The notes below the pieces were generated by a model, which had not been told where the DNA came from, did no database searches, and saw only the letters and a list, made by a program, of their open reading frames with translations. A program made the translations under genes and the position numbers. A stretch of 64,000 nucleotides of DNA from a virus: the IMG/VR virus record IMGVR_UViG_3300025933_000001, positions 23,722-87,721 of that record; one strand, written 5' to 3'. Shown here one piece after another: positions 52,670 through 63,154 of this stretch (position 1 is the first letter of the stretch; each line of letters starts with the position of its first letter).

Positions 52670-54520
52670 TTAAACCAATCCTTCTAAATCTAACGAACAC
52701 ACTGAGAGGCCATCCATGTATCCAATATCTATGTCAAAATTCTTATAGAAGCCGTAGACAATTGTCGGCTCGAAGCCATCTCCAACTTCTCCTATATACA
52801 CAACAGGGGTTGCGCGGTAGGAAGCAAGCATGTTTGCTAAGAAAGCTACTGTGGTTGTTTCACAATAGATTGTGAAACTGGCTCTCTTTGCATAAGCACG
52901 TTCTGTGATCGTGAAGTTACCGAAGTTATCTCTAGTCTTAACAGAATAGTCTTGAATACCTATCTTGGCATTTACTTGTGTAGCTCCAATATCTCTTGAC
53001 AAACCTGCTGTAGCAACACCACACAATGCCGTACCACCTGTGTTGTAGACGATGATATTGATTGTAGCGTTAGCGTAGAGAGGTAATCCTGTTACAGCAA
53101 AGTCAGTCTTATAAATGATTGTCTCAAAAAAGTATGAGTACCAATCAGAAACACCATCGTTGTTAATCCCATCTAACAACTGGTCGTAAACAACACCATC
53201 TGTAGCGTCACGAATGAGAATCCTCGCTCCTTGACCTTGAATGTTTAACAGCGTTACAGTGTCGATGGCAGAGCTTAACTTAATAGCTACCATTACTGCA
53301 TCAGCGTTGGAAGTTTGAGATTGAACACTTGTGTCAAACATCTTCCAACGATTCGTATTGCCGTAATCAAGCCAGTAAGTAGGGTTATCTGCAGGAGTTT
53401 TGTTAAGATTGGGGCCAGCTACAGCAGTATGAACACCGGATTGAGTCCCAGATGTGTTGATTGCTCCTGAACCATCCGCTATACTGGAGATACAAAACGA
53501 GTTAGTAAACAGGTTAGTTGTTGACACATAGTATGTAGTCCCTGCTGTAATACCTGTAGGTAGAGCACCTGTCGTACTAAACTGAATAGGTGTTCCGGCA
53601 GAGAATCCGTGTGCTGTCCAGCTTACTACCCCCGGAGATGCAATAGATATTGTTACTGTTGAACTATGACCTTGTAAGGATTGATAAATTTTATGAGTAC
53701 CACTCCCCGGACTACCAACCACCATAACAAAATCACCAGTGTTGTATACTCTTGTGCTGCTATATGCTGTATAGTCATTCTCAGCTACGTTACTAATCAT
53801 TCCAGAAGTATTCACATCAGCAGCACGAGTAGCACTGCTAGAAGTAGTGGTGATATAACTTGTAGCTGCACTACCAGTTTCGAGTTGCATTCCCCAAGCA
53901 TAAAACGAGCCTGATGAGGTTCCATCATTATTACGGATAGAGATTGTAGCTGTCGTACTGGTAGAGGTGAAAGCTAGATATAATCTATACCAACCTAGCG
54001 TTCCTATTTGCTCAATTGTTGCGGTACCTGACCCACTAGTAATAGTAGCTGTCTCTGTAGATAAATCATAATCTGCTTGTACACCACTCACAGTATCTAA
54101 TACTCTTATTTTAGAAGAAGCATTAGCTTTTGCATATAAAGAATCTATGTAAGCAACACCATTACTTACTGTTACAGACTGTGAAATACCCCCTGTTGCT
54201 GCACTGACTGTAATCATATCAGCAGTTGCATTACCATCTGGTGCAGTAGTAGCATTAGCTGTAACACTACAATTTGTTTTAGTCCATGCTGCGTTATCGG
54301 CTTGTTCGCTGTACAATAACAAGTTTGTAGCAGCAGATTCTTCAAGTAATCCTATGGGAATCAATGTTGTAGGGTCGTAACTAAATCTAGGAGTGTCTGT
54401 TGTAGCAGTTTGTAATACTCCAGATTTATCGTAATATTTAGCAGAGCTTGCTCTTGTGAAAGAGCCTGCGTCTGATACTGTAAGTGGTCTAATGATCTTC
54501 AATAGTATCACCTCTTTCAA
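52670..54520 (-). CDS. tail tip (distal) protein with inserted accessory domains
   Basis: KIIRP N-terminus and TNRWKMFD...GIQDYS core; follows the tape measure. Confidence 0.75.
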   Translation of the reverse strand: MKEVILLKIIRPLTVSDAGSFTRASSAKYYDKSGVLQTATTDTPRFSYDPTTLIPIGLLEESAATNLLLYSEQADNAAWTKTNCSVTANATTAPDGNATADMITVSAATGGISQSVTVSNGVAYIDSLYAKANASSKIRVLDTVSGVQADYDLSTETATITSGSGTATIEQIGTLGWYRLYLAFTSTSTTATISIRNNDGTSSGSFYAWGMQLETGSAATSYITTTSSSATRAADVNTSGMISNVAENDYTAYSSTRVYNTGDFVMVVGSPGSGTHKIYQSLQGHSSTVTISIASPGVVSWTAHGFSAGTPIQFSTTGALPTGITAGTTYYVSTTNLFTNSFCISSIADGSGAINTSGTQSGVHTAVAGPNLNKTPADNPTYWLDYGNTNRWKMFDTSVQSQTSNADAVMVAIKLSSAIDTVTLLNIQGQGARILIRDATDGVVYDQLLDGINNDGVSDWYSYFFETIIYKTDFAVTGLPLYANATINIIVYNTGGTALCGVATAGLSRDIGATQVNAKIGIQDYSVKTRDNFGNFTITERAYAKRASFTIYCETTTVAFLANMLASYRATPVVYIGEVGDGFEPTIVYGFYKNFDIDIGYMDGLSVCSLDLEGLV

Positions 54521-54525
54521 AAGAA

Positions 54526-54556
54526 AATAGGGAGAGCTTTTTGCTCTCCCTTTTTA
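54526..54556 (-). terminator. hairpin/terminator after the tape measure
   Basis: AGGGAGAGC...GCTCTCCCT stem flanked by A/T tracts. Confidence 0.7.
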
Positions 54557-54557
54557 T

Positions 54558-57500
54558 TTACGCATCTACATCTCTAGTTTCAGGCATACCATCAGTATCA
54601 AACTTCTTCAGATACTTAACGATTTCCTTAGTTTGTTGGACATTAGCCACATCACCAGAAATAATGCACTGTTTTAACTCGGCAATTGCTGCTACAACAT
54701 CCGCATGACTTTGCTGAGTTTCAGAGTTCTTAAGCCTACGCATCAACTCAGCATTATCAGCGGCAGGTATGATTCGCTCACCTTCATGAATCTGCGCTAC
54801 CATATCGTGAGGAACATAGTCAGTACCGACATCGAAAGAAGGTAGTTTATTCTTGTACTCATCAGAATTCATGAACGCAGATTTAATGGAATCTAGAGAT
54901 TCCCCTGCATCAAGTTTTCTAGTCCAGAAGTCTACACCAGCAGCTTCACCAACTCTGCCTAAAATAGAAGAGTACAACTGTTGCACTTTAGCTTCATTGG
55001 AGTTTTGGATAGCATCTACTACAGAAGCTACAGACGCGCCTGCTGCAACCTTATCTTTCCAATGCTCTAATCCAGCATCTTCTGCATTGCGGTGCAGGGA
55101 GTCTTGGTAAGCTTTAGAGATAGCTCCTGTGGAAGAAGCATAAGCATTTCCGTTAACATTCCCAACAGCCAAGTTAAAGTTTTGCAAAGCAGCTTCGACA
55201 GATTTTACAGAGCTATCGACACCTTTTATGGCATCAATCTGCTCTTGAGCCTTGCTAACAATACCATCAAGTCGTCCAAGTTCTGCATCTCTTGTAGATT
55301 CTAAGGCTGCTACTTGTGTGTCAGATGTAGTATTTATACTATCAATTGTAGCATTAATAGCATCTATTGTCAATTGAGCAGCATCTTTCTGTCCACCTGC
55401 AGCAGTTGTTAACCCCCCTATCAAGTTGGCTGTTCTGGCCTGATCTGCTGCGTACTCTTGGAATGTAGAGAACATCTGTTCAGCAGGTTTAGCTATTACT
55501 TGTAGAGCGTCATCTAGACCTTGGAACTTCGTCAGATCGCCACCAGAGCCAGCAAATCTCATAGCAGAATCCAAAGTACCTTGAGCTTCCCTTCTACGAG
55601 CAGCCGTAAGAGCAGCAGATTCCACTTGCGTAGACTTCATAGCGTTCTTCAGAGAATCGAAGATTGAGCTAATGGCCTTCTGAGATTCTGTAGCAGCGTC
55701 TAAGGCTTTCTTCTGCAATGCAACATCAGCTTGAGCTTTATCTTTCACTGCTTTGATCTGTGCTTCGTAAGAATCCGTTACCGTCTTCTTCTGGGCTTCT
55801 ACAGACCTCTGCAAGCCTTCAAACGATGAATCGAGTTCACTTACTAAGAAAGTCTCCGCACTTTGCGCTAAAGCCTTTGTAGCAGACTCTGCGGACTCTG
55901 TTACATCAGCAAATGCACTTGACAAACTCAACAACTTACCAACTAGCTTTTCACCCTCGTCACTGCCATCATCCATGCGTTGAACAAGAGCTTTAAACTC
56001 GTCTCTTGTTTTCGGCATAGTTAGGTTCATAGCGTCGAACTCTCTGCTAAGGATTTTGGTCTGTGCTGCAGCTTTCTCTGAATCTGTGTAGAACTTATCA
56101 AAGAACGTTTCAACACCGGACTTGAGAGAATCTAAACCACCAGCACCACGAATAGTAGAACGACTTAACGCACCACCATTCAACCCTGCGGAGTTCATCA
56201 GATCACGAATACTTACCAGTTGCTTGTACGTGTCTATGAGGTCTTGAGCACTTCCGTCCATCGTCGAGATGATGTCAGCAATACCGTTAGAAACATTAAC
56301 CGTCGCATTGTTGAAGTCAGCACCTGTCAGGTTGCTTACCATCTTCATGATTTGCTTATCAGCATCATTTGCAGCACGAGTGTAAGTCTCATGAGCCACA
56401 ATACTGTCACGGATAATCTCAGTCTCTACATCTCCTTGCTTGTTAGCGATACCTGTGTAGTTCACAGCAGTGATGTTCAGCTTTTCAAGAGCATACTGTG
56501 CAGTGTCCACACCGTTAGCTACACGAATAAGCGTCTGGAATGCACCTTCACCAACCTTAGAGAATTGTGCGATGCTAGGCATTGCTGCCTCTGCCATCTT
56601 ATCCCCGAGTGCTCCAAATACAGATTCTAGTTGCTTCTGCACTTCTTCCCCGGATAACCCTTTCAGGCTTACTTTGAATATGCCTGCCTGATCTAGATTA
56701 ACTGCCCTCACAGCATCCTTAATCACACTGCTGTTCTCGCCTAAAGCTGATGCGGATGTGAGAATACTCTGATACGTGTTAGAGATAGTCTTTACAAACT
56801 GATCTCTTAGCTCAGGTGGTAAGTCAGTGAGAATTTGCTGATTAGAAGAACTCTTTGACAATCCAAAGAATGAAGATTTCTCACTATGTACATCAGAGTA
56901 ACCTCTTGCAAAGATATTGTTAGTATCCAGAATCCTACCGATTGTTTGTGGAGTCCAAACAGCAGTTTCCCAATGTTCCAGCGCATCCTTCAGAGGGCTT
57001 ACCAGTTCTCTTTCAAACACGATACCCGAGTCAACCAGCTCTTTAGACGATGAACTAAATCCGAGGAATGACTTAGAGCTTCCTACACCAAGAGCACGTT
57101 GATCTGCATCTGTACCACGTAACATTGAAGTACGAGAGATAGCAGCAGACATGCCAGCAATACCGTCGTTAATACTCTTCAGGTAGTTCACCATGCTTGA
57201 TGTGTAGCTCAGAGCAATGTCAGAGTTAGATTTCAAGAGTTCTAGAGACTTAGTGATAGATTCTGACTTCTTATCTTCTGCTCCGAGGACAGTGCCTGTG
57301 CCTTGAGTTGCTTGTCGTTGTTTTGCAATATCGACAGAAGCTCCGCCACCTCCTCTACCACCAACCATCAACCCTAAGCCTGCCATAATAGCTGCCATTG
57401 CAGCCATACGGAAGAATGCAGAGTAAGGATCACCGTTGGCTTGGTTAGACACGCCAGATACAGCATTAGCTTGAGCTACAGCCATCTTTGCGCCAACTTC

Positions 57501-60500
57501 AGTACCAGCAGATGTAACAGCACTGGTAGCTTGCTCTGTATTACCTGAGACAACCGCTGCAGTTGTTGCTTGAGTGAAGAACATCTTCTTCATGAATAGC
57601 TCAATCTCTCCAGCCAACTGCATAGCACGAAAACCTTGCTCAACTGCTTGCAATACTTGATAGCCTTTGGACTTCTCGTTAAAGAAGTTTTTAGCTGCGC
57701 CAGCCATGTTTGCATACGAAGATAGTTCAGCTTTCTCGCCATCCTTGATTGCTTTCATGTTCACAGCATCAATCTTTGCCTGATCTTTTCCAGCAAGGAT
57801 TAGCCCTGCTTTACGAGCATTTTCAATCTTCTCTTGTGTTGCTTGTTGCTTCACAAATGCAGAAGTAAGCTTACCAACAGCACCTACTGCAGTACCGAAT
57901 GAGGACTCTAAACTAGAAGCAAAATCGTCAGCACCTTTAGCAGCGTCATCCCACATAGTGTCGAATGACAAAGCTGTCTGTTGTACTTGACCTTTAATCT
58001 TCTCTGCTTGAGCAATTAGTTGCTCATTACCAGAAGATTTAGCAGTTGCCATCAACTTATCAGACATTTCTTGCAAAGCAGGAAGTGCATTAGCACGGAT
58101 ACTGTTAGCAAGGCCAGCAGCATTGAACTTAGATTCCCAATCTCCACCAGCTTTAGCAGCAAGATTGATTGTGTTGATGGAATTCTCCATCTCCCTGAAT
58201 TCTGCTTTAAACTTAAAAGAGCCTGTATTAAACAGAGCAACATCTTCCTTAGCTTTAGATTCAGCAGTGAATGCATCACGAGCAGCTTTAAGGGAGTTTA
58301 GTTTTTGAGTAAGTGTTTCAAACGCATTGCCACCATCTGTACCCATATTATTGAAAGCATTAGTCACCTTCTGCTCAGTTGTAGAAATGTCGCTGTCAAG
58401 ATTGCCTAAACTGACTTTCTCTAGCTGACCAAATTTTAGGGCATTAGCTTTAACAAACTCTCCACGAGCTTCCAACTCTTTGACAAGATGTTCTGTAGTA
58501 AACTTCTCGACCTCAGCGAAACGGATAGACTCTTGTTCTTTCATACGCAGTGCTTCGTCACTAGCACTTCTTTGAGCATCTTTTAGTTTATTACCTATCG
58601 ATGCTTTTACAGTTTCCTTGTTCTTAGGGGCAGCAACATCGATCATATTCTGGTAAGCTTGTGCCTCCTTCCGATACATGGCAATTGCAGCCTCACCATT
58701 TCGTTGAATTTGCTCAAGTCTACCAATCTGACCAGTTTTAAATAAAGCATCGTTCTTAGATTCAACATTCTTCAGTTCATGTTTTGCTTCATTCACCTGA
58801 TCTTGAATACGTTTCAACTCAGCTTCATACAAATCATTAGCTCTTGCAGCAGCACCTGGATTATTTCCAAGCTGTGAAAGAACTCCTGTGCCTGCTGCCA
58901 CCTTAGAATTGTCCCTAGCTTGTTTTTCAGAAAGATCGGCAAGCTCTTTAGCTTTCTTACGGACAGCTTCAGCTTTCTTCTCTGCTTCTCCGTAGGCTTT
59001 AGTAGAATCATTCTGAGCTTGTACTAAATCACGCTCTGCCTTCAACACAGCATTAACGTTACTGAGTAGTTGAATACTAGGAGCACCAATCTGATGAGCA
59101 CGATCTAATGAACGTAGCTCAGATGGAGAAAGCTCTGCTTTTAACTTATCAAGGTCTTTTTGCTTCTGTGATACATATTCTGCACCTTGAGCTTTAATCA
59201 TCTCTAATTGTCTTGCTCTCAGAGACTCAGTGTAAGCATCACTAGCATTCTTACCCTTCTTCATCAACTCGATCTGTTTATCGAGACGAGTTGCCTCTTC
59301 GTCCAAAGATTTTGTAAAATCATTGATATAGTTCAAAGAGGCTTGTGCTTCTGCAGACTTACCAATCTCAGATTTCTTAGTCATGAAGTATGTAACTGCT
59401 GCACCAACGGCTAATAGAGCTGCACCTAACAAACCTAAAGACGCTTGAAAGCTGATAGCAGAAATCTTAGCCACGTCAAAAGCGGTTTTAAGAGCTACTA
59501 ACCCTTCGCCAATCCCAACAATCAATCCAGCAACAAAAGATACCGTCTTAAATGTCAAAAACACTTGGACAAGAGTGGTAATAGTATCAATGTTCTTCGT
59601 AACCCATACAGCCATTTCCGCTAAAGCCATTGATATGCTCTGTACTCCAGAAATAAACTCAGGAGAGTTGAACGTTGCTTTCATATGCGTAGCAATCATT
59701 GACAGTTTGGGTGCAATGCCGTCAAATGATTGCATCAATGACGTCTTTAAGGTATTGCTAACACTCTTAAATTGGTTTTCAACAGTAAGTGCCATTGCCG
59801 CAGCACCTATTGCCGTCATACCTGCAGATTCTGCAATCTTGGATTGTAGGTCTTCAAATTCCGAAGCTGCTTCACCTGACTTTTGCCTGTACATGTCAAG
59901 CAATTCGACAAGTGTCTTTAGACCACGCTCATTCGCTAGTCTGTTAAGAGCTACTTTCTGTTCACTGGCAGTTAACTTACTCAAGCCGTCTGACAAGATC
60001 GGGAGGATTTCCGATAGCGACTTAAAGTTACCTTCTTTATCTTTCAAATCCTCGTTAACTGTAATACCAACATCTTTGAAGGTTTGAGTTACCTTTTTCC
60101 CTTCCGAAGCTAGCTCTTTATAAAAGTTCTTCAGTGATGTACCTGCAGCAGAGCCTTGAATACCTAAATTGGACAGAGCTGCGAAAGCAACACCAATATC
60201 TGTCAGTGTCACCCCATACAATTTACCTACTACAGAGCCTGATTTAAATGCTTCAGAAATGCTTTCAACAGATGACATAGAAGCTGCTGCTGTTGCTGCA
60301 ATAGTATCTGCAACATGGTCAAATCCGTTAGCTGTCATACCTAAAGATGTGGACACCTGCACCAAAGTGTACGCAGATTTCTCAATTGTTGTACCACCTA
60401 CAGTGGCCAAATTAAGTGCAGCATGAATACCTATTAAAGATTCTTCAGCACTCTTACCAGCTAAAATGAGCGTTTCAAAAGCTTTTGCAACTTCTTGAGG

Positions 60501-61172
60501 ACCGTAAATACCTTTACCAAGTTCAGTGATAGCCAGCCTCATCTGATTCACACTCTCGATAGATTCGTTACCTTTAACACGAATACTCTCCAAAGTGTGT
60601 TCAACATCTTTACCGACCGATACAATTTGTTTAAAACCTGTGCCTATAGCTAAACCTGCCGCCAATGGGATCATGCTTCCGTAAGTGACCCATAGAGCAC
60701 CTAAAGAGCCAGACAAGCCACGAGCTGCAGCATGTGCATCTTGCATTGCACCTGTATGAGACATAATAGCTTGTGCGCTCTTTCTGGCAGCATTAGCTGA
60801 TTGGTCATAAGCAGCATTCATCTTCAAAGCTTCAGCGTGAGCATCTGCATACGCCTTAGCACGAAGATTAAACATTTCAATATCTCTCTTCTGCTCAACA
60901 GAAAGCTGAGACAATGCCTTAGTAGTAGCATTCGTGCTATCATTTACACGGATACTAATGTTTGTCATTGTGCTCATGGCAGACGAGAAAGCTTGAGCAA
61001 CGACAAGGTTTTGTTGAAATACGTTGGAAAGCTTCTCAATAGAAGCAGTTAAAGAAGTGGCCCTTCTCTCTGCTTTTTCAGCAGTTTGAGAGAATCTGTT
61101 GAGGCCATCGTTAGCCTCTCTAATACCTGTAGAACGTACTTCTACGCCAAGCGTCGCTATATCTAAACTCAT
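54558..61172 (-). CDS. tail tape measure protein (TP901-type core) with C-terminal DUF4214-like repeats
   Basis: 2204-aa Ala-rich helical protein; LSNLGIQGSAAGTSLK; LY..ILGR..EAAG..FW; FDVGT..VP.DM.AQIHEGERI. Confidence 0.93.
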   Translation of the reverse strand: MSLDIATLGVEVRSTGIREANDGLNRFSQTAEKAERRATSLTASIEKLSNVFQQNLVVAQAFSSAMSTMTNISIRVNDSTNATTKALSQLSVEQKRDIEMFNLRAKAYADAHAEALKMNAAYDQSANAARKSAQAIMSHTGAMQDAHAAARGLSGSLGALWVTYGSMIPLAAGLAIGTGFKQIVSVGKDVEHTLESIRVKGNESIESVNQMRLAITELGKGIYGPQEVAKAFETLILAGKSAEESLIGIHAALNLATVGGTTIEKSAYTLVQVSTSLGMTANGFDHVADTIAATAAASMSSVESISEAFKSGSVVGKLYGVTLTDIGVAFAALSNLGIQGSAAGTSLKNFYKELASEGKKVTQTFKDVGITVNEDLKDKEGNFKSLSEILPILSDGLSKLTASEQKVALNRLANERGLKTLVELLDMYRQKSGEAASEFEDLQSKIAESAGMTAIGAAAMALTVENQFKSVSNTLKTSLMQSFDGIAPKLSMIATHMKATFNSPEFISGVQSISMALAEMAVWVTKNIDTITTLVQVFLTFKTVSFVAGLIVGIGEGLVALKTAFDVAKISAISFQASLGLLGAALLAVGAAVTYFMTKKSEIGKSAEAQASLNYINDFTKSLDEEATRLDKQIELMKKGKNASDAYTESLRARQLEMIKAQGAEYVSQKQKDLDKLKAELSPSELRSLDRAHQIGAPSIQLLSNVNAVLKAERDLVQAQNDSTKAYGEAEKKAEAVRKKAKELADLSEKQARDNSKVAAGTGVLSQLGNNPGAAARANDLYEAELKRIQDQVNEAKHELKNVESKNDALFKTGQIGRLEQIQRNGEAAIAMYRKEAQAYQNMIDVAAPKNKETVKASIGNKLKDAQRSASDEALRMKEQESIRFAEVEKFTTEHLVKELEARGEFVKANALKFGQLEKVSLGNLDSDISTTEQKVTNAFNNMGTDGGNAFETLTQKLNSLKAARDAFTAESKAKEDVALFNTGSFKFKAEFREMENSINTINLAAKAGGDWESKFNAAGLANSIRANALPALQEMSDKLMATAKSSGNEQLIAQAEKIKGQVQQTALSFDTMWDDAAKGADDFASSLESSFGTAVGAVGKLTSAFVKQQATQEKIENARKAGLILAGKDQAKIDAVNMKAIKDGEKAELSSYANMAGAAKNFFNEKSKGYQVLQAVEQGFRAMQLAGEIELFMKKMFFTQATTAAVVSGNTEQATSAVTSAGTEVGAKMAVAQANAVSGVSNQANGDPYSAFFRMAAMAAIMAGLGLMVGGRGGGGASVDIAKQRQATQGTGTVLGAEDKKSESITKSLELLKSNSDIALSYTSSMVNYLKSINDGIAGMSAAISRTSMLRGTDADQRALGVGSSKSFLGFSSSSKELVDSGIVFERELVSPLKDALEHWETAVWTPQTIGRILDTNNIFARGYSDVHSEKSSFFGLSKSSSNQQILTDLPPELRDQFVKTISNTYQSILTSASALGENSSVIKDAVRAVNLDQAGIFKVSLKGLSGEEVQKQLESVFGALGDKMAEAAMPSIAQFSKVGEGAFQTLIRVANGVDTAQYALEKLNITAVNYTGIANKQGDVETEIIRDSIVAHETYTRAANDADKQIMKMVSNLTGADFNNATVNVSNGIADIISTMDGSAQDLIDTYKQLVSIRDLMNSAGLNGGALSRSTIRGAGGLDSLKSGVETFFDKFYTDSEKAAAQTKILSREFDAMNLTMPKTRDEFKALVQRMDDGSDEGEKLVGKLLSLSSAFADVTESAESATKALAQSAETFLVSELDSSFEGLQRSVEAQKKTVTDSYEAQIKAVKDKAQADVALQKKALDAATESQKAISSIFDSLKNAMKSTQVESAALTAARRREAQGTLDSAMRFAGSGGDLTKFQGLDDALQVIAKPAEQMFSTFQEYAADQARTANLIGGLTTAAGGQKDAAQLTIDAINATIDSINTTSDTQVAALESTRDAELGRLDGIVSKAQEQIDAIKGVDSSVKSVEAALQNFNLAVGNVNGNAYASSTGAISKAYQDSLHRNAEDAGLEHWKDKVAAGASVASVVDAIQNSNEAKVQQLYSSILGRVGEAAGVDFWTRKLDAGESLDSIKSAFMNSDEYKNKLPSFDVGTDYVPHDMVAQIHEGERIIPAADNAELMRRLKNSETQQSHADVVAAIAELKQCIISGDVANVQQTKEIVKYLKKFDTDGMPETRDVDA

Positions 61173-61175
61173 GCC

Positions 61176-61679
61176 TTACCCTTCTGTTTTTCTCTTGAAC
61201 ATACTCAATACATTTCTTGTTTGTTTCTCAATTGCATCTCTGTCGATTTCATCTACACTTACTTGCTTGCTGTAAGGAGGTCTTCGTTTAGGATCAGATG
61301 CTTTGCTATACTCTGAAGTGTAAGCTTCAGATAATCTACGAACCACTTGCAATTCCCACGGGGTGATGCTATCCTCTAAACCACTGCATCGTGCCCATGC
61401 TTCTATTTCTTGCCAACTGAGAGGAACTAATCCCATGCCTGTAGGCATAGCCGAGCCAGCACCATAAAAAAGACCTATCAGGTATTCGGCCCCCGGAGGA
61501 ATCTCAGGAAACGGAATCTCTGATAGGTCTTCAGATGCTTCATTTAAATTGTCTTCTTCGTCGTCGGAATCTATGATAACAGTATTATCTTCTTCCTTCT
61601 TACCTTCTCGTTGCTCTCGACGACTTAGTTTGCTGCCATCAGGCGTAGCAGCGAAATATGCTATCTGCCTGACATACAA
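61176..61679 (-). CDS. tail assembly chaperone, T part (reached by -1 frameshift)
   Basis: PLSWQEIEAW...PWE motif; in the -1 frame of the upstream slippery site. Confidence 0.8.
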   Translation of the reverse strand: MYVRQIAYFAATPDGSKLSRREQREGKKEEDNTVIIDSDDEEDNLNEASEDLSEIPFPEIPPGAEYLIGLFYGAGSAMPTGMGLVPLSWQEIEAWARCSGLEDSITPWELQVVRRLSEAYTSEYSKASDPKRRPPYSKQVSVDEIDRDAIEKQTRNVLSMFKRKTEG

Positions 61680-61693
61680 GACTAACGCATCGA

Positions 61694-62095
61694 CTATGCC
61701 TTGATGAAATTTGCCAAGTCGCTAACGTAACTGTCTACTTGCTCTTTAATCCAACTAAATTTATCATCCGAATACATGCGACGGAATGCATCTGGATTAT
61801 CCAAAGCTTCGCCATTGTAAGTAAAGTTTTCACCTCGTTGTGAACATGCTACAAGAATTTCAACACCCTCTTCTCGTGCAAGCTCTGCAGTCATCTCTTT
61901 ACTCTTACGCTTCAGGCGACGATTCTGAGCAGCATTAGAAGCTGCACGATAAGCCTTAGAGCTTGTACTCCAGAGGACGATTTGGACAGGTTTTGTTTTT
62001 TCTTCATCTGCATACAGAAGCTCTCCTGTGGCAGGGTGAGTCAAGTGTAAAGTGTCAGAATCTTTTACAGCCAAAGTGTTAATGTCGAAACTCAT
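61694..62095 (-). CDS. tail assembly chaperone G
   Basis: LTHPATGE.L...WIKEQVD...D.ANF; lies between tail tube and tape measure. Confidence 0.85.
   Translation of the reverse strand: MSFDINTLAVKDSDTLHLTHPATGELLYADEEKTKPVQIVLWSTSSKAYRAASNAAQNRRLKRKSKEMTAELAREEGVEILVACSQRGENFTYNGEALDNPDAFRRMYSDDKFSWIKEQVDSYVSDLANFIKA
61706..61712 (-). other. programmed -1 frameshift slippery site A AAT TTC
   Basis: X XXY YYZ heptamer in the correct phase; -1 frame is open into the next ORF. Confidence 0.8.
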
Positions 62096-62225
62096 AGTGG
62101 TAGAACCTTTCTGTTTAGTTTATAATTAAAAGAATGAATAAGCGTTTGTGCGCTTTTATGTGATATACTACTTGTGGAATTTAGGTAGGAAAGAAGGAGT
62201 TGTTAAAGCTCCTTCTTATCTTGCT

Positions 62226-62254
62226 ATTATAGCAGCACTACTTACTTAAGTCAA
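62226..62254 (-). promoter_or_regulatory. sigma70-like promoter upstream of the tail chaperones
   Basis: TTGACT-17-TATAAT. Confidence 0.6.
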
Positions 62255-62263
62255 ATGTTGCTA

Positions 62264-62710
62264 TCAGACAACTATGATATCATTGTCTAGCTCAAGTTCT
62301 ACTTCATAGCCAGTGATGTTATCTACGCCACCAACGTTAGTTACGATGCCCATGCACTGCGCGGTAAAGTAGTTGATTTCCCCATTCTGCAGAACAATCT
62401 TCACAGAGATAGAGTTGTCAGAAGCTTCTGCAGTACGCAACGCAGTTTGACCAGCATCAGAAGTTCCCGACTTAGCCAGCTTAAGTTGCAGCGTACCATT
62501 GTCATACGAACCACGACGCTTCACAACACGACGATCTGCCAGCGGCATGTGCGTAACTTTGTTATACTTCTTACCGTAGGAGCCGATGTCAGTAACTTCG
62601 CCAACTGCAGTGAACGTGACTGCGGCAAAACCTGAAGCATCGTAGGTAGCAGGGGCAGCACCAATAGAGAACGTAGTACCAGCACTGGTAAAAGCATGAG
62701 AAACAGCCAT
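62264..62710 (-). CDS. major tail tube protein
   Basis: TSAGT...PATYD..GF...VGEVTDIG..G......H.PL..R...K.RGSYDNG. Confidence 0.88.
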   Translation of the reverse strand: MAVSHAFTSAGTTFSIGAAPATYDASGFAAVTFTAVGEVTDIGSYGKKYNKVTHMPLADRRVVKRRGSYDNGTLQLKLAKSGTSDAGQTALRTAEASDNSISVKIVLQNGEINYFTAQCMGIVTNVGGVDNITGYEVELELDNDIIVV

Positions 62711-62728
62711 TGTAGTTTTCCTTTTTAA

Positions 62729-63076
62729 TTAGACGAGAATGTAGGCAACAGCGGTAGCTGCACCAGTAACAGTAACCGTACCGGCAAGATAAGCAGCGAT
62801 CTTATCCAGACGTACAGCTTTAGCAGCACCTGCCGCAACGGTGATAGCATAACCACCAGACACATCCACTGTGCCACCAAGACCTTCAGGAGAAATCGTA
62901 GTAGAGCCACTACCATCAATAGTGGCAGTAAGAGAGCCACCAGTTGGGTTTTCAATAACAAGAATCTGACCACCACCACTTACGTAAGTAATCGTGTCAG
63001 AAGCACCGAGAGTAGTACGTGTAAGAGTTACGGTTCCATTTGTTCCCGTAATCGTATTAGAAGCAATAACTGCCAT
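62729..63076 (-). CDS. virion structural protein
   Basis: Rich in small residues and beta-like; lies between terminator and tube genes. Confidence 0.7.
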   Translation of the reverse strand: MAVIASNTITGTNGTVTLTRTTLGASDTITYVSGGGQILVIENPTGGSLTATIDGSGSTTISPEGLGGTVDVSGGYAITVAAGAAKAVRLDKIAAYLAGTVTVTGAATAVAYILV

Positions 63077-63154
63077 TTATATTTCCTTTAATAATTAATT
63101 ATTAACACAACAACATCTAGCAGATGGCTGTTTGCCACTCTAATAGAATCGTTT

